Positions 15,402 through 29,294 of a stretch of DNA of 64,000 nucleotides are shown one piece after another. Below the pieces are notes generated by a model. It was given only the letters and a program-made list of their open reading frames with translations. It ran no database searches and was not told the origin of the DNA. Each line of letters begins with the position of its first letter. Position 1 is the stretch's first letter. This DNA comes from Gekko japonicus (Eukaryota): assembly GCF_001447785.1 (NCBI RefSeq), contig NW_015169179.1:781441-845440 (forward strand), given 5' to 3'. A program made the position numbers and the translations under genes.

Positions 15402-16015
15402 CTGCAAGAGAGAAGCCATCCCAATAACAGCTGTGAGACCATATGAGCCTAATGTTAAGAATGGACCCAAAATTCATAATTACCTGGGTCAGTACAAACA
15501 TTTGACTAACTTATAAATCTTATTTATGTATTTATTATTTATTTATTATTTGATTTATACCCCGCCCTCCCCGCAAGCAGGCTCAGGGCGGCTTACAGTA
15601 ATTGGTACCCTGTACCATAAAAACCATGTACAAAATTTATGACTGTATTAATTATCATTTGAACTGAGCATCATTTTAAAAAGCAAAAGAATTCTGGCTC
15701 AGAATGTCAAACAATATTTTGCATATGTTTAGTTCAGCANNNNNNNNNNNNNNNNNNNNNNNNNNNNNNNNNNNNNNNNNNNNNNNNNNNNNNNNNNNNN
15801 NNNNNNNNNNNNNNNNNNNNNNNNNNNNNNNNNNNNNNNNNNNNNNNNNNNNNNNCAGGCCAGATACCAAAAGCCAGCTGCTTTATAGATGCACACACAT
15901 TAGTCCTCTAGGGTCACCCCTTACTCTGATTGGTTGTGAAACAGAACAAGATGACCTACAAAGCAAGCAAGTCTACAGGTGCATACACATACTTTCATTA
16001 TTTCATGGCAGATGT

Positions 16016-17408
16016 CATAAGAACACAAGAACATAAGAGAAGCCAATGTTGGATCAGGCCAATGGCCCATCCAGTCCAACACTCTGTCACACAGTGGCCA
16101 AAAATACCAGGGGCCATCAGGAGGTCCAGCAGTGGGGCCAGGACACTAGAAGCCCTCCCACTGTTGCCCCCCCAGCACCAAGAATACAGAGCATNNNNNN
16201 NNNNNNNNNNNNNNNNNNNNNNNNNNNNNNNNNNNNNNNNNNNNNNNNNNNNNNNNNNNNNNNNNNNNNNNNNNNNNNNNNNNNNNNNNNNNNNNNNNNN
16301 NNNNNNNNNNNNNNNNNNNNNNNNNNNNNNNNNNNNNNNNNNNNNNNNNNNNNNNNNNNNNNNNNNNNNNNNNNNNNNNNNNNNNNNNNNNNNNNNNNNN
16401 NNNNNNNNNNNNNNNNNNNNNNNNNNNNNNNNNNNNNNNNNNNNNNNNNNNNNNNNNNNNNNNNNNNNNNNNNNNNNNNNNNNNNNNNNNNNNNNNNNNN
16501 NNNNNNNNNNNNNNNNNNNNNNNNNNNNNNNNNNNNNNNNNNNNNNNNNNNNNNNNNNNNNNNNNNNNNNNNNNNNNNNNNNNNNNNNNNNNNNNNNNNN
16601 NNNNNNNNNNNNNNNNNNNNNNNNNNNNNNNNNNNNNNNNNNNNNNNNNNNNNNNNNNNNNNNNNNNNNNNNNNNNNNNNNNNNNNNNNNNNNNNNNNNN
16701 NNNNNNNNNNNNNNNNNNNNNNNNNNNNNNNNNNNNNNNNNNNNNNNNNNNNNNNNNNNNNNNNNNNNNNNNNNNNNNNNNNNNNNNNNNNNNNNNNNNN
16801 NNNNNNNNNNNNNNNNNNNNNNNNNNNNNNNNNNNNNNNNNNNNNNNNNNNNNNNNNNNNNNNNNNNNNNNNNNNNNNNNNNNNNNNNNNNNNNNNNNNN
16901 NNNNNNNNNNNNNNNNNNNNNNNNNNNNNNNNNNNNNNNNNNNNNNNNNNNNNNNNNNNNNNNNNNNNNNNNNNNNNNNNNNNNNNNNNNNNNNNNNNNN
17001 NNNNNNNNNNNNNNNNNNNNNNNNNNNNNNNNNNNNNNNNNNNNNNNNNNNNNNNNNNNNNNNNNNNNNNNNNNNNNNNGGGGAGACCGGCCTGGGGGGG
17101 CGGGGGGGCGGACACCGGCCTCGCCGCCGCCGCCTCGGGAGATCGAGGGGTGGGGGGTGGAGGAGATGGGGCTCTTCTCCCCCCCCCGCAAGTATCGCGG
17201 GTCCCCCTCTTGTAATCTTATAAAACTCAATCATGTCACCCCTCAGTTGTAATTTCTCCAAGCTAAAGAGCCCCAAGCGCTTTAACCTTCCTTCATAGGG
17301 AAAGTATTCCAACCCTTTTATCATTCTAGCTGCCCTTTTCTGCACTTTTTCCAATACTATAATATCCTTTCTGAGGTGTTGTGACCAGAATTGCACAAAG
17401 TATTCCAA
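16016..17408 (-). mobile_element. CR1 LINE 3' fragment spanning an N gap
   Basis: Minus-strand peptide EYFVQFWSQHLRKDIIVLEKVQKRAARMIKGLE...RLKRLGLFSLEK..LRGDMIE; TTCTTATG-type tail at the low-coordinate end. Confidence 0.85.
16195..17079. other. Assembly gap (other gaps at about 15740-15855, 36500-36534 and 38725-38952)
   Basis: Runs of N. Confidence 0.99.
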
Positions 17409-19076
17409 AGTCTATCAGTGGCTACTAGCCAAGGTGACTAAAGGGAACAGAGGCAATGCCAGGAGGTAACATCAAGGGAATGCCTCAGCCTCTGTGCCTT
17501 GTCGTTGGACCTCCAGAGTAGCTGGTTGGCCACTGCATGAGACAGGATGCTGGAATAGATGGAACACTGGTTTTATCCAGCAGGGTTATTATATTCTTGT
17601 TAACCCCTTGCTCTTGAGGACCCCCTTGCTCTTGAGGACCTATACAAGCTATGTGAACAGACCATCTAATCAAGTTGCCTAGTGGTAAATTCTTTTGGTT
17701 TTTGCAAACATTTTATGTGATCTCCCATCCAGAACTGAAACTCTCTCTTGTTCCTGGGTATGTGCTGAGAGTAGGGTTTGAATTTCCAAGTATTCTCTGC
17801 TACAGCTGATGTTGTGGGGAGGTTACAGGGCAGGTGAAACCAAACTCAAATTATCAGGGGGCAATACAATAATAATATGCATGGGTGTGGTACCATCAGC
17901 AAGTATGTTTCAACATTACCAGCTGGGAGAGATTCACAGAAAACAGGCAGAAAAAACAAACTTTCCAAATGCTTGCTGAGAAGCTTGGAAATACTGAGCT
18001 GATTCCAAATCGAACCAAGGGAAGTTTGCCTGTCCCTACTTAACACAATTAACTTCTAGTCCTAGTAATGCAATCCACTGTAGGTTAATTTAGGTCACTC
18101 AGCACTAAGAGCAGCTATGTGCAGAGCATCAGACTGTTGTTGAACCTAAGCCTCTGACTAGCATTTCTGGTTGGTGCTTTATATCAAACAAAAAATAGAA
18201 CTTATTGCAATCCAAACTGACATTTCTAAATAAAAATGTAGATAACTGGTAATCCCTAGAATTCAGCAGTGACTTATTCTGGTGTTGCAAAACTGTAACT
18301 TCTTTCTGGAAGAATAAATGTGGTACTTTTGATACCAGTCATATATTTAACAACTTCTTACATGGTTACTGACCCCCAGATGGCTATAGTACAGGGAATG
18401 GATGTCATATGTTGTCTTACTAGGAAATTATTCTACAATGCTATCCTCAAATCATAATCCAATTTGGTTACTAAGCAAAAGCCAGGTGATCTGAGCAAAT
18501 TACCATCAAGGGAGTGTGTTTAACTTTTTCCTATCCTACCTTTCCTCCAATGAGTACAATGTACATGTTTCTTTCAGTTCTTCCACTCAGAATAACCCTG
18601 TGAAGTTGGTTACTCTCAGAGACTGACAGACCAAAGGTCTTCCAATGAGATACAGGGCTCAGGGGGGACTGAACAGTTTCTCAGGACCTAGTCCTGCAGC
18701 CTAACCCTGTGTATCATACTTGCTCCAGTCTACAGAGACCTGCTAAAAATAAGAGACATCAGGGTCTACTTTCTCTTCCTCCTTGCACTGTGGGGATTTT
18801 GTCTAGAATAAGTTGTCAGCAGGGACTTCCAATTCTCTCAAACGTACAATAAAGGTTCTGGGTTTTGTTTTGTTTTTAAAACCCCACGCTTTCTGAGGAA
18901 TAGCCAGCAACAACGCCTATAAATACTTATCTAAAATGTGGTTCCTTTGATCACTAAGCTGGAAAACCTAAGAACCTGTGCCTGCTACTTAATGAACAGG
19001 TAGGATCAGGAGAAAACCATAAGATTGGTTACTGATGCCCAGATAGCTACAGAACAAGCCTTTTGGTCCACAGCTA

Positions 19077-19572
<496 letters not shown>

Positions 19573-20694
19573 CTAGAACTTCCGAACCCTTCACTGATCT
19601 TTCCTCCATTTTGTTTGGGAAATTAATGAGATTTCAGCTATTTATACATTCTCAAAGCTGTTTATCTATGTGCTTTCTATTAGATCCCTTGATCTACAGC
19701 TAAGCGCCGGTTTGTTGAGAAAAATGCCCAAGAGTTCTGCTGTAATAACTGGAACACTTGTCAGATTCAACAAGCTAGTTTTTCAGCCAATTTTCCCACT
19801 CTTCCCCTTTGCATGTACTGGGCGTGAGACTGCATGGAGAAATACAGCAAATGAATCAACAGCGAATTGACACAGTTGTCACCAATTTCCACAGTTTCAA
19901 CAGTGCTGTTCAGAACCACTGTACTGTGGAAATAGCTGATGAGTGAACTCCATGTGCTACCAGTTCACTTATTTTTCTTCATGTGACTGTGTTCCTGGGC
20001 TTGAAGAAAGACAGAATGATCACACGGAGGAAAGAAGTCATTTCACGTGACCAAGCAAACTCGCCCAGTGACAGCAAAGAGTCTGATGTATGTCTCACTT
20101 CAACTCATACACATTAGGCATTGTTCAGCCACAACCTAGCAATGTGATCATAATTGATCATCTACTATTTGATTGCAGTCAAATAACAGATTGGATCCCA
20201 CATTTGTCACTGGAATGTGCCAATAGATGCCAATCTTCCTTGCTTTCCCTTTCTCACTGCAGCCATTTCAGGCCCTAGAAAGTTTATTTTAGGGCTAGGG
20301 GAGCTGCATAGAGTAATATCCACTCAAGACAGGTTTCTGTAGTGGGAAGGGGGGTAGATTCCTCCCTCCTGCCTCTTGCATGAGTAGAGAATGTAGATGG
20401 GAGAGGGAGGATTTTGCCTCCTCCCCACTGTAGCCTCCTGACCCCAGAAATAACCATCCCAGGGCCAGAAACATTTTGGGGGAGATGAAAGCTGGGAAGA
20501 TCAGGGGTCCATAACACTGCTAAGGGTAGGGTTGCCAGAGCCCCTGGTGGAGGCAAGGGGTCCCTGCCACTGGGCCCAGACCCCCTGCTGCCAATCAGCT
20601 GGCCAGCAGGGGGACTTACCAGGAGAAAGATGAAGGCCTAGGCCACGTTGCTGGTGTTGCACAGGAAGTGGCATGATCACAACAGCAACGTGCA

Positions 20695-21003
20695 TGTGCA
20701 TCATGAGCAGTATTTGAAAGACATACAGAACACAGTTGATAATAGAAACACCTGGAAGTGGCTACAAAATGGACACTTGAAGAAAGAAACAGAAGGACTC
20801 ATTCTAGCTGCACAAGAGCAGGCACTCTAAATAGAAAGTATGAAAGCCAAGATTCAGAAGACCAGTGATAACAGCAAACGTTGACTTTGGAAGACAAAGG
20901 ATGAAACAGTCAACCACATGGCCAGTGCCTGCAGTAAAATTGCTCAAACTGGTTATAAAGAACATCATGATAGAGTTGCAACTATGTTGCACTGGAATCT
21001 TTG
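20695..21003 (+). pseudogene. Degenerate R4/Dong-clade non-LTR retrotransposon fragment
   Basis: ...TWKWLQNGHLKKETEGLILAAQEQAL*...ETVNHMASACSKIAQTGYKEHHDRVATMLHWNL: decayed CCHC knuckle and RHD-like region that precede the RLE domain. Confidence 0.75.
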
Positions 21004-21276
21004 GTTGAGGCAGCAGGCTTCTACTAGCCAGCCTCCCTGTTGCTGTTGCAGTATAGTGCTATTAACAAGACCTTTATGGCTTGGCTTCAGCCCATTCATT
21101 CCTGGCTGTAGGAACTGAAAATTGAAATTTGCTGCACTGCCCACTTTAACAGTTTTTTAACTGGTTTTATTGTATTAATTTAATGTTTGGTATTTATGAA
21201 TCAAATCATTTTAAAATTGTATTGGAATCTATTGTTGTGAACCGCCCTAAACTCTCTTGCAGGAAGGGTGGGATAA

Positions 21277-21364
21277 GGAAGGAAGGAAGGAAGGAAGGAA
21301 GGAAGGAAGGAAGGAAGGAAGGAAGGAAGGAAGGAAGGAAGGAAGAAAGGAAGGAAGGAAGGAA
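21277..21364 (+). repeat. (GGAA)n microsatellite
   Basis: Directly visible. Confidence 0.97.
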
Positions 21365-21764
21365 ATCTGGGTGATGCTCTGGTATTTGGGGAAAAACTCT
21401 ACGGCAGAAGCTGTTTTTACCACAGATTTTTTGCCCAAATACCAGAGCGTCACAGCAATGTTGCAGTGTGATGATGTCACTTCCTGTACAACACCAGCGA
21501 CATGGCCTGGGTCTTCCTCTTTCTCCTGGTAGGTCCCACCCATCCCCTGCTGGTGGCCAGGAAGGAACATGGAAACCCTAGCTAAGGGGGAGGAAGGACT
21601 TCAGGCTTCCCTCCTTTGCCATTTTTGCCAGTGGAAACCACTGCAGGGGGGCTGTTTACCCCTTCCTCCACAGCCCAAGAAAATAAATGACTTACAACAA
21701 TCCTATGTGTAATTGGGCACTTGGGTCCTAACTCACATCTTGGGTTGGGCACTTGGGTCCTAAC

Positions 21765-21970
21765 CAATGTTCCCTCTGAGCTGTGGAGTCTTGTGAGCAA
21801 AAAATCTGCTTTGTGAGCTACTGGCATTAAAGTTGTGAGCAAGCGATTTGGCTGCTGCATAAATCAGTTTGCTCTAGAGCCATCCTTCCTGAGTTAAGAC
21901 AAAAATGTGCGAGCTGGAAGCTAAAAAACGGTGAGCTAGCTCACACCAACTCAGCTTAGAGGGAACACTG
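21765..21970. mobile_element. 206-bp hAT-type MITE
   Basis: TIR CAATGTTCCCTCTGAGCTG / CAGCTTAGAGGGAACACTG; TSD GTCCTAAC. Confidence 0.85.
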
Positions 21971-21981
21971 GTCCTAACTCA

Positions 21982-22359
<378 letters not shown>

Positions 22360-22549
22360 TTAAATTACAGGGGGGAAAGGACACATATTTGTGCCTTAAG
22401 AAGCCCAGAAATCTTCCAACTCCTATTTCTTTATCTCTTAGGAAATGTATTTAAATCTTGGTAGTGTCCACTGTAGCCCACCAGTTAAAGGATAAATGCT
22501 TAATTAACACACTTATTAATTAATGCAAAATTAACATATGGACGTTACT

Positions 22550-22822
22550 GCCGCAAGATATAGTTATGGCCATCAGCTGGATGGCTTTAAAAGGGACGTT
22601 CATGAAAGATAGCCACCAAACGATCTATCAGCCATGATGGCTATATGAAAACTCTACATTCAGAGGGAGTATCTCTCTAAAAATCGATTACTGGAAGCAA
22701 CATGGGGATCCATGTCCTTCTTCTAGGCCTTCCAGGGGTATCTGCTTAGTGACTGTAGGAAACAGGATGCTGGAATGGATCACTGGTCTGATCCAGCAGG
22801 CTCTTCTTATGTCCTTATGTGT
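22550..22822 (+). mobile_element. CR1 3' UTR fragment (related pieces near 17410-17601, 37795-37975, 40213-40393 and 49330-49560)
   Basis: CAGGATGCTGGA...GGTCTGATCCAGCAGGCTCTTCTTATGTCCTTATG. Confidence 0.7.
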
Positions 22823-23224
22823 AGCTACAAGATTTACAAGGTAGGTTGTCAGTCACTAATGTATTGAAACTACACAATTTCTTTTATTACAGACAAAATA
22901 ATTCCTACAGCACTTCTGTGCATAAAGAAATTTACTATTCTCCTTTACTGGGGACACAATGATTTGCTTAGGTCCTTCAGAACTGATTTGCATGCAAAAT
23001 AGAATGCATAAGTCACTCATCATGTACCACTTCCACATCACAAGCAATGTCACCCTCACATTCAAACCTAATATTCCATCAACTGTACCATACTTCCCAG
23101 GTATGTATTCCCAGTCCCAGTCCAGTTACCTTTATTGGCATGTAGGTTTGTATTCCATTCCTCTTAATGCTCCACCAACATTATCTTCTCGGAGCACAAA
23201 GATATGGTCCCGTCTAGTCTCCAC

Positions 23225-23441
23225 TGTCCTGGCCTGGATGACCCAGGCTAGCCCAATCTTGTCAGGTCTCAGAAGCTAAACAGGATGACTCTGGCTAGTA
23301 TTTGGATGGGAGACTTCCAAGGAATACCAGGGCTGTGATGTGGACACAGGCAATGGAAAACTGCCTCTGAACGTCTCTTGCCTTGAAAACCCTACAGGGT
23401 CGCGTAAGTCAGCTGTGACTTGATGGCACTTTCCACCACCA
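23225..23441 (+). mobile_element. 5S rRNA-derived SINE copy
   Basis: Same 5S-like head and CCTACAGGGTCGC...GATGGCACTTTCCACCACCA tail as 56870-57090. Confidence 0.85.
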
Positions 23442-23563
23442 GTCTCTGCTAATCTGCATAGGCTCTGGATCGGTAACAGTCTGCATGTAGTACTGGGCAC
23501 CCTCCCACAACTTGGATTCTTGCAGTGAGAGCAAGGCACTATATTTCCAGATGACCTGTCCTA

Positions 23564-23764
<201 letters not shown>

Positions 23765-24116
23765 TCAAAGAAGGACCGGTCCTTAGCAGACACTTGTACA
23801 TGATAAAATGATGCAAGTTTGTGAGTTCTTTATCAAGAGTTGGAGGCCATTATCTGAAGTCCATGCCTGTTCTGTCTCCTGCAGGTTGCATCATTCTAGC
23901 AACAGAATGTCACACTTTGTGCAGTGTCCTTTTGAGAAGTTCCAATCCAGGAACTCTGTTGAAGCATACAGTCTTTGATTCAACATTATGCATTTTCACA
24001 GTACAGATTATAATTCAAACCAAAAAGGGCATAGGTACTTGTGGTGTTAAAAGCCTCTTATCTTAGATTTCTCCATGATTGGTACCAGTTGTGTAAAAAC
24101 AGCAATGATTTTGTAT

Positions 24117-24787
24117 AAGAAGAAGAAGAAGAGATTGGATTTATACCCCACCCTTTGTTGGGAAAAATAGGCAAAAATACTTAAATAGAGTTTGCAATGG
24201 ATCTTTGCTTCACTGGAGAGGAGACATTTCTTTCTATGTAAAAAGCTTTATTTCTAAGGGAAGGGTTCACATGGAAAGCTACAAAACAAAGAGATATCTA
24301 GAGCTACATTTTCATATCTTTACAGCTAGAGACACATGGTCACACAACAATGGAGATTCTCCTTCTTCTTGACCCCTAGAAGGAAGTCACCTGAACACAA
24401 TAACCAATGATTGCTAGTAAACAGACTCAGATTTTCCGGGGCTATCTTCCCATTGGCTCTGAGCCACGTTTCCCTTCCAGGTCATTAAACAATAGTACAC
24501 TAGGTAAAACAGATTAACCCTATAATGATTGAAAACTAGACCTTGCATCTCACATATTTCCAACACCCTTCACTACCCAAAGGAGTCTCAGAGCGGCTTA
24601 CAAACCCTGTGAGGTAGGAGGGGCTGAGAGAACTCTTGACAGAAACTGCTCTTTTTCAAGAACAGCTGTGCCATAGCTTGTGACTGACCCAAGGTCACAT
24701 CAGCAGGTGCAAGTGGAGGAGTGGGGAATCAAACCTGGTTCTCCCAGATTAGAATCAGCACACTTAACCACTACACCAAAGTGGCTC
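24117..24787 (-). mobile_element. tRNA-derived SINE (Squam3-like) interrupted by a solo LTR
   Basis: Reverse complement of the 49884 family; continuity is restored when 24156-24570 is removed. Confidence 0.8.
24156..24565 (-). mobile_element. Solo LTR, 410 bp
   Basis: Termini TGTTGGGAAA...TTTCCAACA; 5-bp TSD CCCTT; AATAAA on the minus strand near 24250. Confidence 0.8.
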
Positions 24788-26213
24788 CTCCCCCATCTTC
24801 CTTGGTTTGCATCCATAATGTGAAAGCTCTAGAAGTCATTTTAAGGCAAAGCTATTTTCAGTTGGTGGTAGGATCACCACAAACACACGTAGGTTCATTA
24901 ATAGGCCAAGCAAGAGGAATTACATGGGAGTCAAGCAGTCCATGAGTCTTGACCAGTTTAGCCAACTTCAGGCCAACCTGCTTCCTGCTTGGTTTCTTCT
25001 TGAACCCGCTAATCTTCTGTTTCACCTGGACACTACTCTAGTGATTGTTCTCCTATATGTTTCTCTATTCAGGAGTTATGCTCTGTCCATGCCTCTTTTT
25101 GCTATGGGTCACAATCTATAGGTGCATGTACTAGATATATACTCAGAATAACTGCAGAGGAGCAGTCATATTAGTCTGCTGCAGCAAAATCAAACAGGAG
25201 TCTAGTGGCACCTTTAGGCTAGTCTTTAGTCTACCCCAGACTCCTGCTTACAACAGATAGTCAAGAATGTTCTGGAGCAATTTCATGTACCAAACCCTGC
25301 ACACTTGTAAAAACACATTTTAAGAAGTTTTTAAAAGGATTTTGGAGATTTGGTATAGATTCTACATTAAGGAAAGCATAGGCAAAAACAGCATATGCAT
25401 GGACCTGAAGGCAGTTTCCACTTAAGCAGTGTTTGCACCAAGTTTCCAACCTCCTTTTTAATTTCAGAATGTATATACAACATGACACATCACAAGTACA
25501 AGCTACCGATTGGTCTACTAACTTGTGGGGAAAAGGTCTGCTATAGGACACAACCTCACATACACAAGTGTTCTATTATAGGTTGTCAATCCATTCCAGA
25601 TTGGATTAAAAAGCAGGATATATCACATCAAATTGAATTTTTAGAAATTTACTAGGGTTACCCTGGAAAGCTCCATGTGAAAGAGTTCAACCCTTCCAAG
25701 AGGAAAGTTGTGTTTGAATAATGAACCCAGCAAAATCAGCATGGTTAGATCTTCAGATTCTTGCTGAGAAGGGTACTGTGATTGATCTGAATACTGGGTT
25801 AGAACTGGATTTTCCCAGGATAAATGCTGTGAAAATTGCATTTTCCTGTTATGAACAAGTGATGAAGACAGAGGCTAGGTAAAGTGGTCTGGAGAGGCAT
25901 CACTTCCTATGACAGGTACACACACACTCTGTTTGTCCTGTTATTCTCTGGTTTAACAGGTTTTCTGAACAAACAAAAACTCATTAAAACCCCATCTACC
26001 AGCGGTAACAACATCTACACCACAAGAGCAATTTCTGTTTTAAATTGCCTTTCCTTCTCTAAAAAAAGCTGCCATCCATCTCCAGACAGAGTTAATCAGG
26101 GAAGGACATTATCTTTCTTTAGAGATCAATATTCAGAAAGTAAATAGAGCAACCCGTCAAAATCAGCAATAATAGTGCACTAGAATCTCTTGTTTCATCC
26201 CTTATGCAGCCTA

Positions 26214-26504
<291 letters not shown>

Positions 26505-28249
26505 TCAGGCTTGCTTTGGGGAGGGATCTGGATTAGGTTTGGCTTCAAGCTTTGTGCTGACAGAACCTTTACTCCCTTTCTCATGACCTCAGATATTTAC
26601 CTTAATTAACACCCAGGAGACTGAAAATTACAAACCAGCTGCTGCTCCCCACTGGAGTCATCGAACTCCACCTAGCAAAGGCTCCCTTGTGGTCATATCA
26701 GTGCTCTGTTTGGCTCTAATGAGCCTTGCTGCTTCTTTTAAAAGAAGTACCCCCCCCACTCAACCCATCCCCCCTTTCCTTCTGCAGAATGACATGTGCC
26801 AGTGTTTCCTAGCATGGGGTATCTGCATCCAAACAGCGCACTGCAAAAAGCCTGATTGAAATTGGGGAGAACATGAGATGCAATGAGAGAATGGAGAAAA
26901 CTGCAGCTCCCTCTGTACTGTGGGAGAACTCTGGCACAGGAATCCTTCTATAACAACAAGCACCTCCTAACCAGGCTGGGTCTATTAATGTGGCAAGCAG
27001 CAAAGTGATGGAAGGCAGAAGTGGGCAGTCAGCAAGCTTCCATTCCCTGTATATGATAAGGGTGCCCAAATTTCCAGTTGAGAGGTTGGCAAACCAACAT
27101 ACTGGGAACCCTAGCCTGATTTTGAATTGTGCTCATACTTAGGGGACAATTTGCACATCCATTCTGATACTGCAAAAAATGCAGCTCTCCCTCATTTAGT
27201 TTTGGGAATGATGTAGCAGGAGTATAAAACCCCAGACACTTTTCTGGGTTCACAGGATTGGTTCTTCACCTGAGCAACTGAGTCAAGTTCCTGTGGAGGT
27301 AGAAGCCCCACAAGGGCTGGTGTCATGGGAGAAGGCAAAACAGGCATGGCTTAAGACCATCATAGCCTCCTGGAACCACCAGGTGGGTTCAAGGAGAGCC
27401 CCTGAGATGCCTGGTTGTGACTATTTTTTTGCAGCTGGGCCAGAAAGGTTGCCTGTCCCTAGTCTAACAGGTTTCTGAAACACTCACTAAGATCACAGAT
27501 GTCTGTGTCTTAGAAACATTTTGGAGCAAATGGCCATGTGATTTAAATTTCCTCCATTTTTTCTTAAACCCAGAAAAAACTACAGGGAACCACATTCTGG
27601 AACTTGCAATTTGTATGATGTAACCTTGTCCCTCTGAGCTGTTCTCTTTCTGGGGAAAGGATGTAATATACCTGTACACTTCCTCCATGGGGCAGAAAGC
27701 ATCTCAATAGGGTGATTTTCATATGAAATACAACTTCTTGTGGGAAAAATAATTGTAATTCGCTCTAAAAAATTTCCCATCCTGATCACAACTTCCTGCA
27801 AAGGCTTTCTGTAATAATAATTTCAGAAATCCTCTTATAAGACATTAATGTGACTGAGCATTATGTGCAGGTTGATACTGAACTTCCAGTTGGAATATAC
27901 AAGGTCTACAGAGGTCTATAGAGCACCTACTTGAGGAAGATCAGAAGAACAGCCTATGGGTGACAGCTGAAGGACTGCTAGTTAGCATAGCTAGATTAAG
28001 GATTTTCCACCATTTCAAATTATGTCCTTCCTGTCTCCTGAATAGCTCTTTGGAGACTTCCTGCTCTAACAGAGCCCTCCCCCTTTGTTCCTGTCTCTCA
28101 CAGCAGTTAGTCAGTTAGTTAAGCCTCTCCCCCTCTCCTCTGTTCCATCAGAGTTTATTTCTTCTTTAATAAACTGAGTTATTTCCTTTAAACAGTTGAT
28201 GCTCCATTCCTCTGCATATTTAAACTCTTCCAACAATTCCAGTACTTAC

Positions 28250-28375
28250 TGTCTCTGCAATCAGGACCTGAATATCCCTCAAGACATTCACACATGTAGC
28301 CTTGACTCGTTTCAAGACAAGTGCCCTCATTCTGGCATGGATTGGAGATACACGCACTGGGCATTCTGGGCCCAC
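28250..28375 (-). CDS. SNED1: SNED1 exon 9 (EGF), 126 bp
   Basis: ttatag|GTGGGC...AGAGACA|gtaagt; GGPRMPSACISNPCQNEGTCLETSQGYMCECLEGYSGPDCRD. Confidence 0.94.
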
Positions 28376-29294
28376 CTATAAAACATTTGTGAATGATTAG
28401 TGACATGAGGAAAGAGCAAGGTATGCGTAGTATGGAGAAAGGCAGACCACAAAAGCAGTTATTTACAGTCTCCAATACATGAAAAGTTAGCCTTAGGAAG
28501 AAGGGTTGTTGCTGTTCTCCATGTCTACTATGGACAAGATAGACAATGTAAACTGAGGCCCAAAGCAGTTTGGTTGAATAACTTTCTAACTAGAAGTTTG
28601 CTAGGTGTTTTGGAATAGTACTGAAGATCTGTAAGACCAGACTGAGCAAACATTTGGATGGAGTGATTTGGTTGAGTACCAAAAAGGCTTTATTATGCAA
28701 GTTACATCCTTGTAATGAAGGATGCCCATTATTGGGGATAAGGACAGACAGGTTTTTTCCACAAGGTTGGTTTATGTAGGACTTTAACCATCAACAGTAT
28801 ACTGGGTCTTCTAGCCCAAGATAATTCAGAGAGTTAAGTTGACATATCAGCAACATTCAATGATATTTCCAATTCTTTTTGAAGCACTAAATTTGGTCCA
28901 ATATTAAGAATCTTCCTTTCACCATGCAAATCTTAAACCAGCTTCTACTGACAGCAACAATAGCTAAATACAACACAGCATCTTAGACACACACATAGAA
29001 CAACTTCCCCAATTACTCAAGTGGAAAGAAGATTATTAATATTCAAGCATGGTGACGGGCCTCTTTAATGACATGGAGGCAAATTTTCCCCTTAGACTGA
29101 ACACGTTGGTAGAAAATTGCCTCTCCTCCTCTTCCATCCCTGTCCCCACTGGCAGCAAAGGGCTAGATAACAATCCCACTTGGTAAAGGAGAAGCCAGTT
29201 TCCTGGGTGTCACAGAGGGCATCCTTCGCTCATAACTTGTCTTTTTTTTCTTATTTTTTTATGATGACAGTGGGTGCAGAATGATCCTGCTCAC

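Larger units (their letters stand above)
20527..21580. mobile_element. hAT-type MITE (TAGGGTTGCC family) containing nested retroelement fragments
   Basis: TIR TAGGGTTGCCA / TGGAAACCCTA; 8-bp TSD GCTAAGGG at 20519-20526 and 21581-21588. Confidence 0.75.

Noticed and set aside
15930-17408. 300-440 aa ORFs in the track
   Set aside because: They are mostly X from the N gap; the only real coding signal is the CR1 remnant
21183-21570. ORFs with KEGR and PSFL repeats
   Set aside because: Translations of the (GGAA)n microsatellite
23225-23441. Possible 5S rRNA gene
   Set aside because: Diverged 5S-like head fused to a non-rRNA body and a simple-repeat tail, in dispersed copies: a SINE
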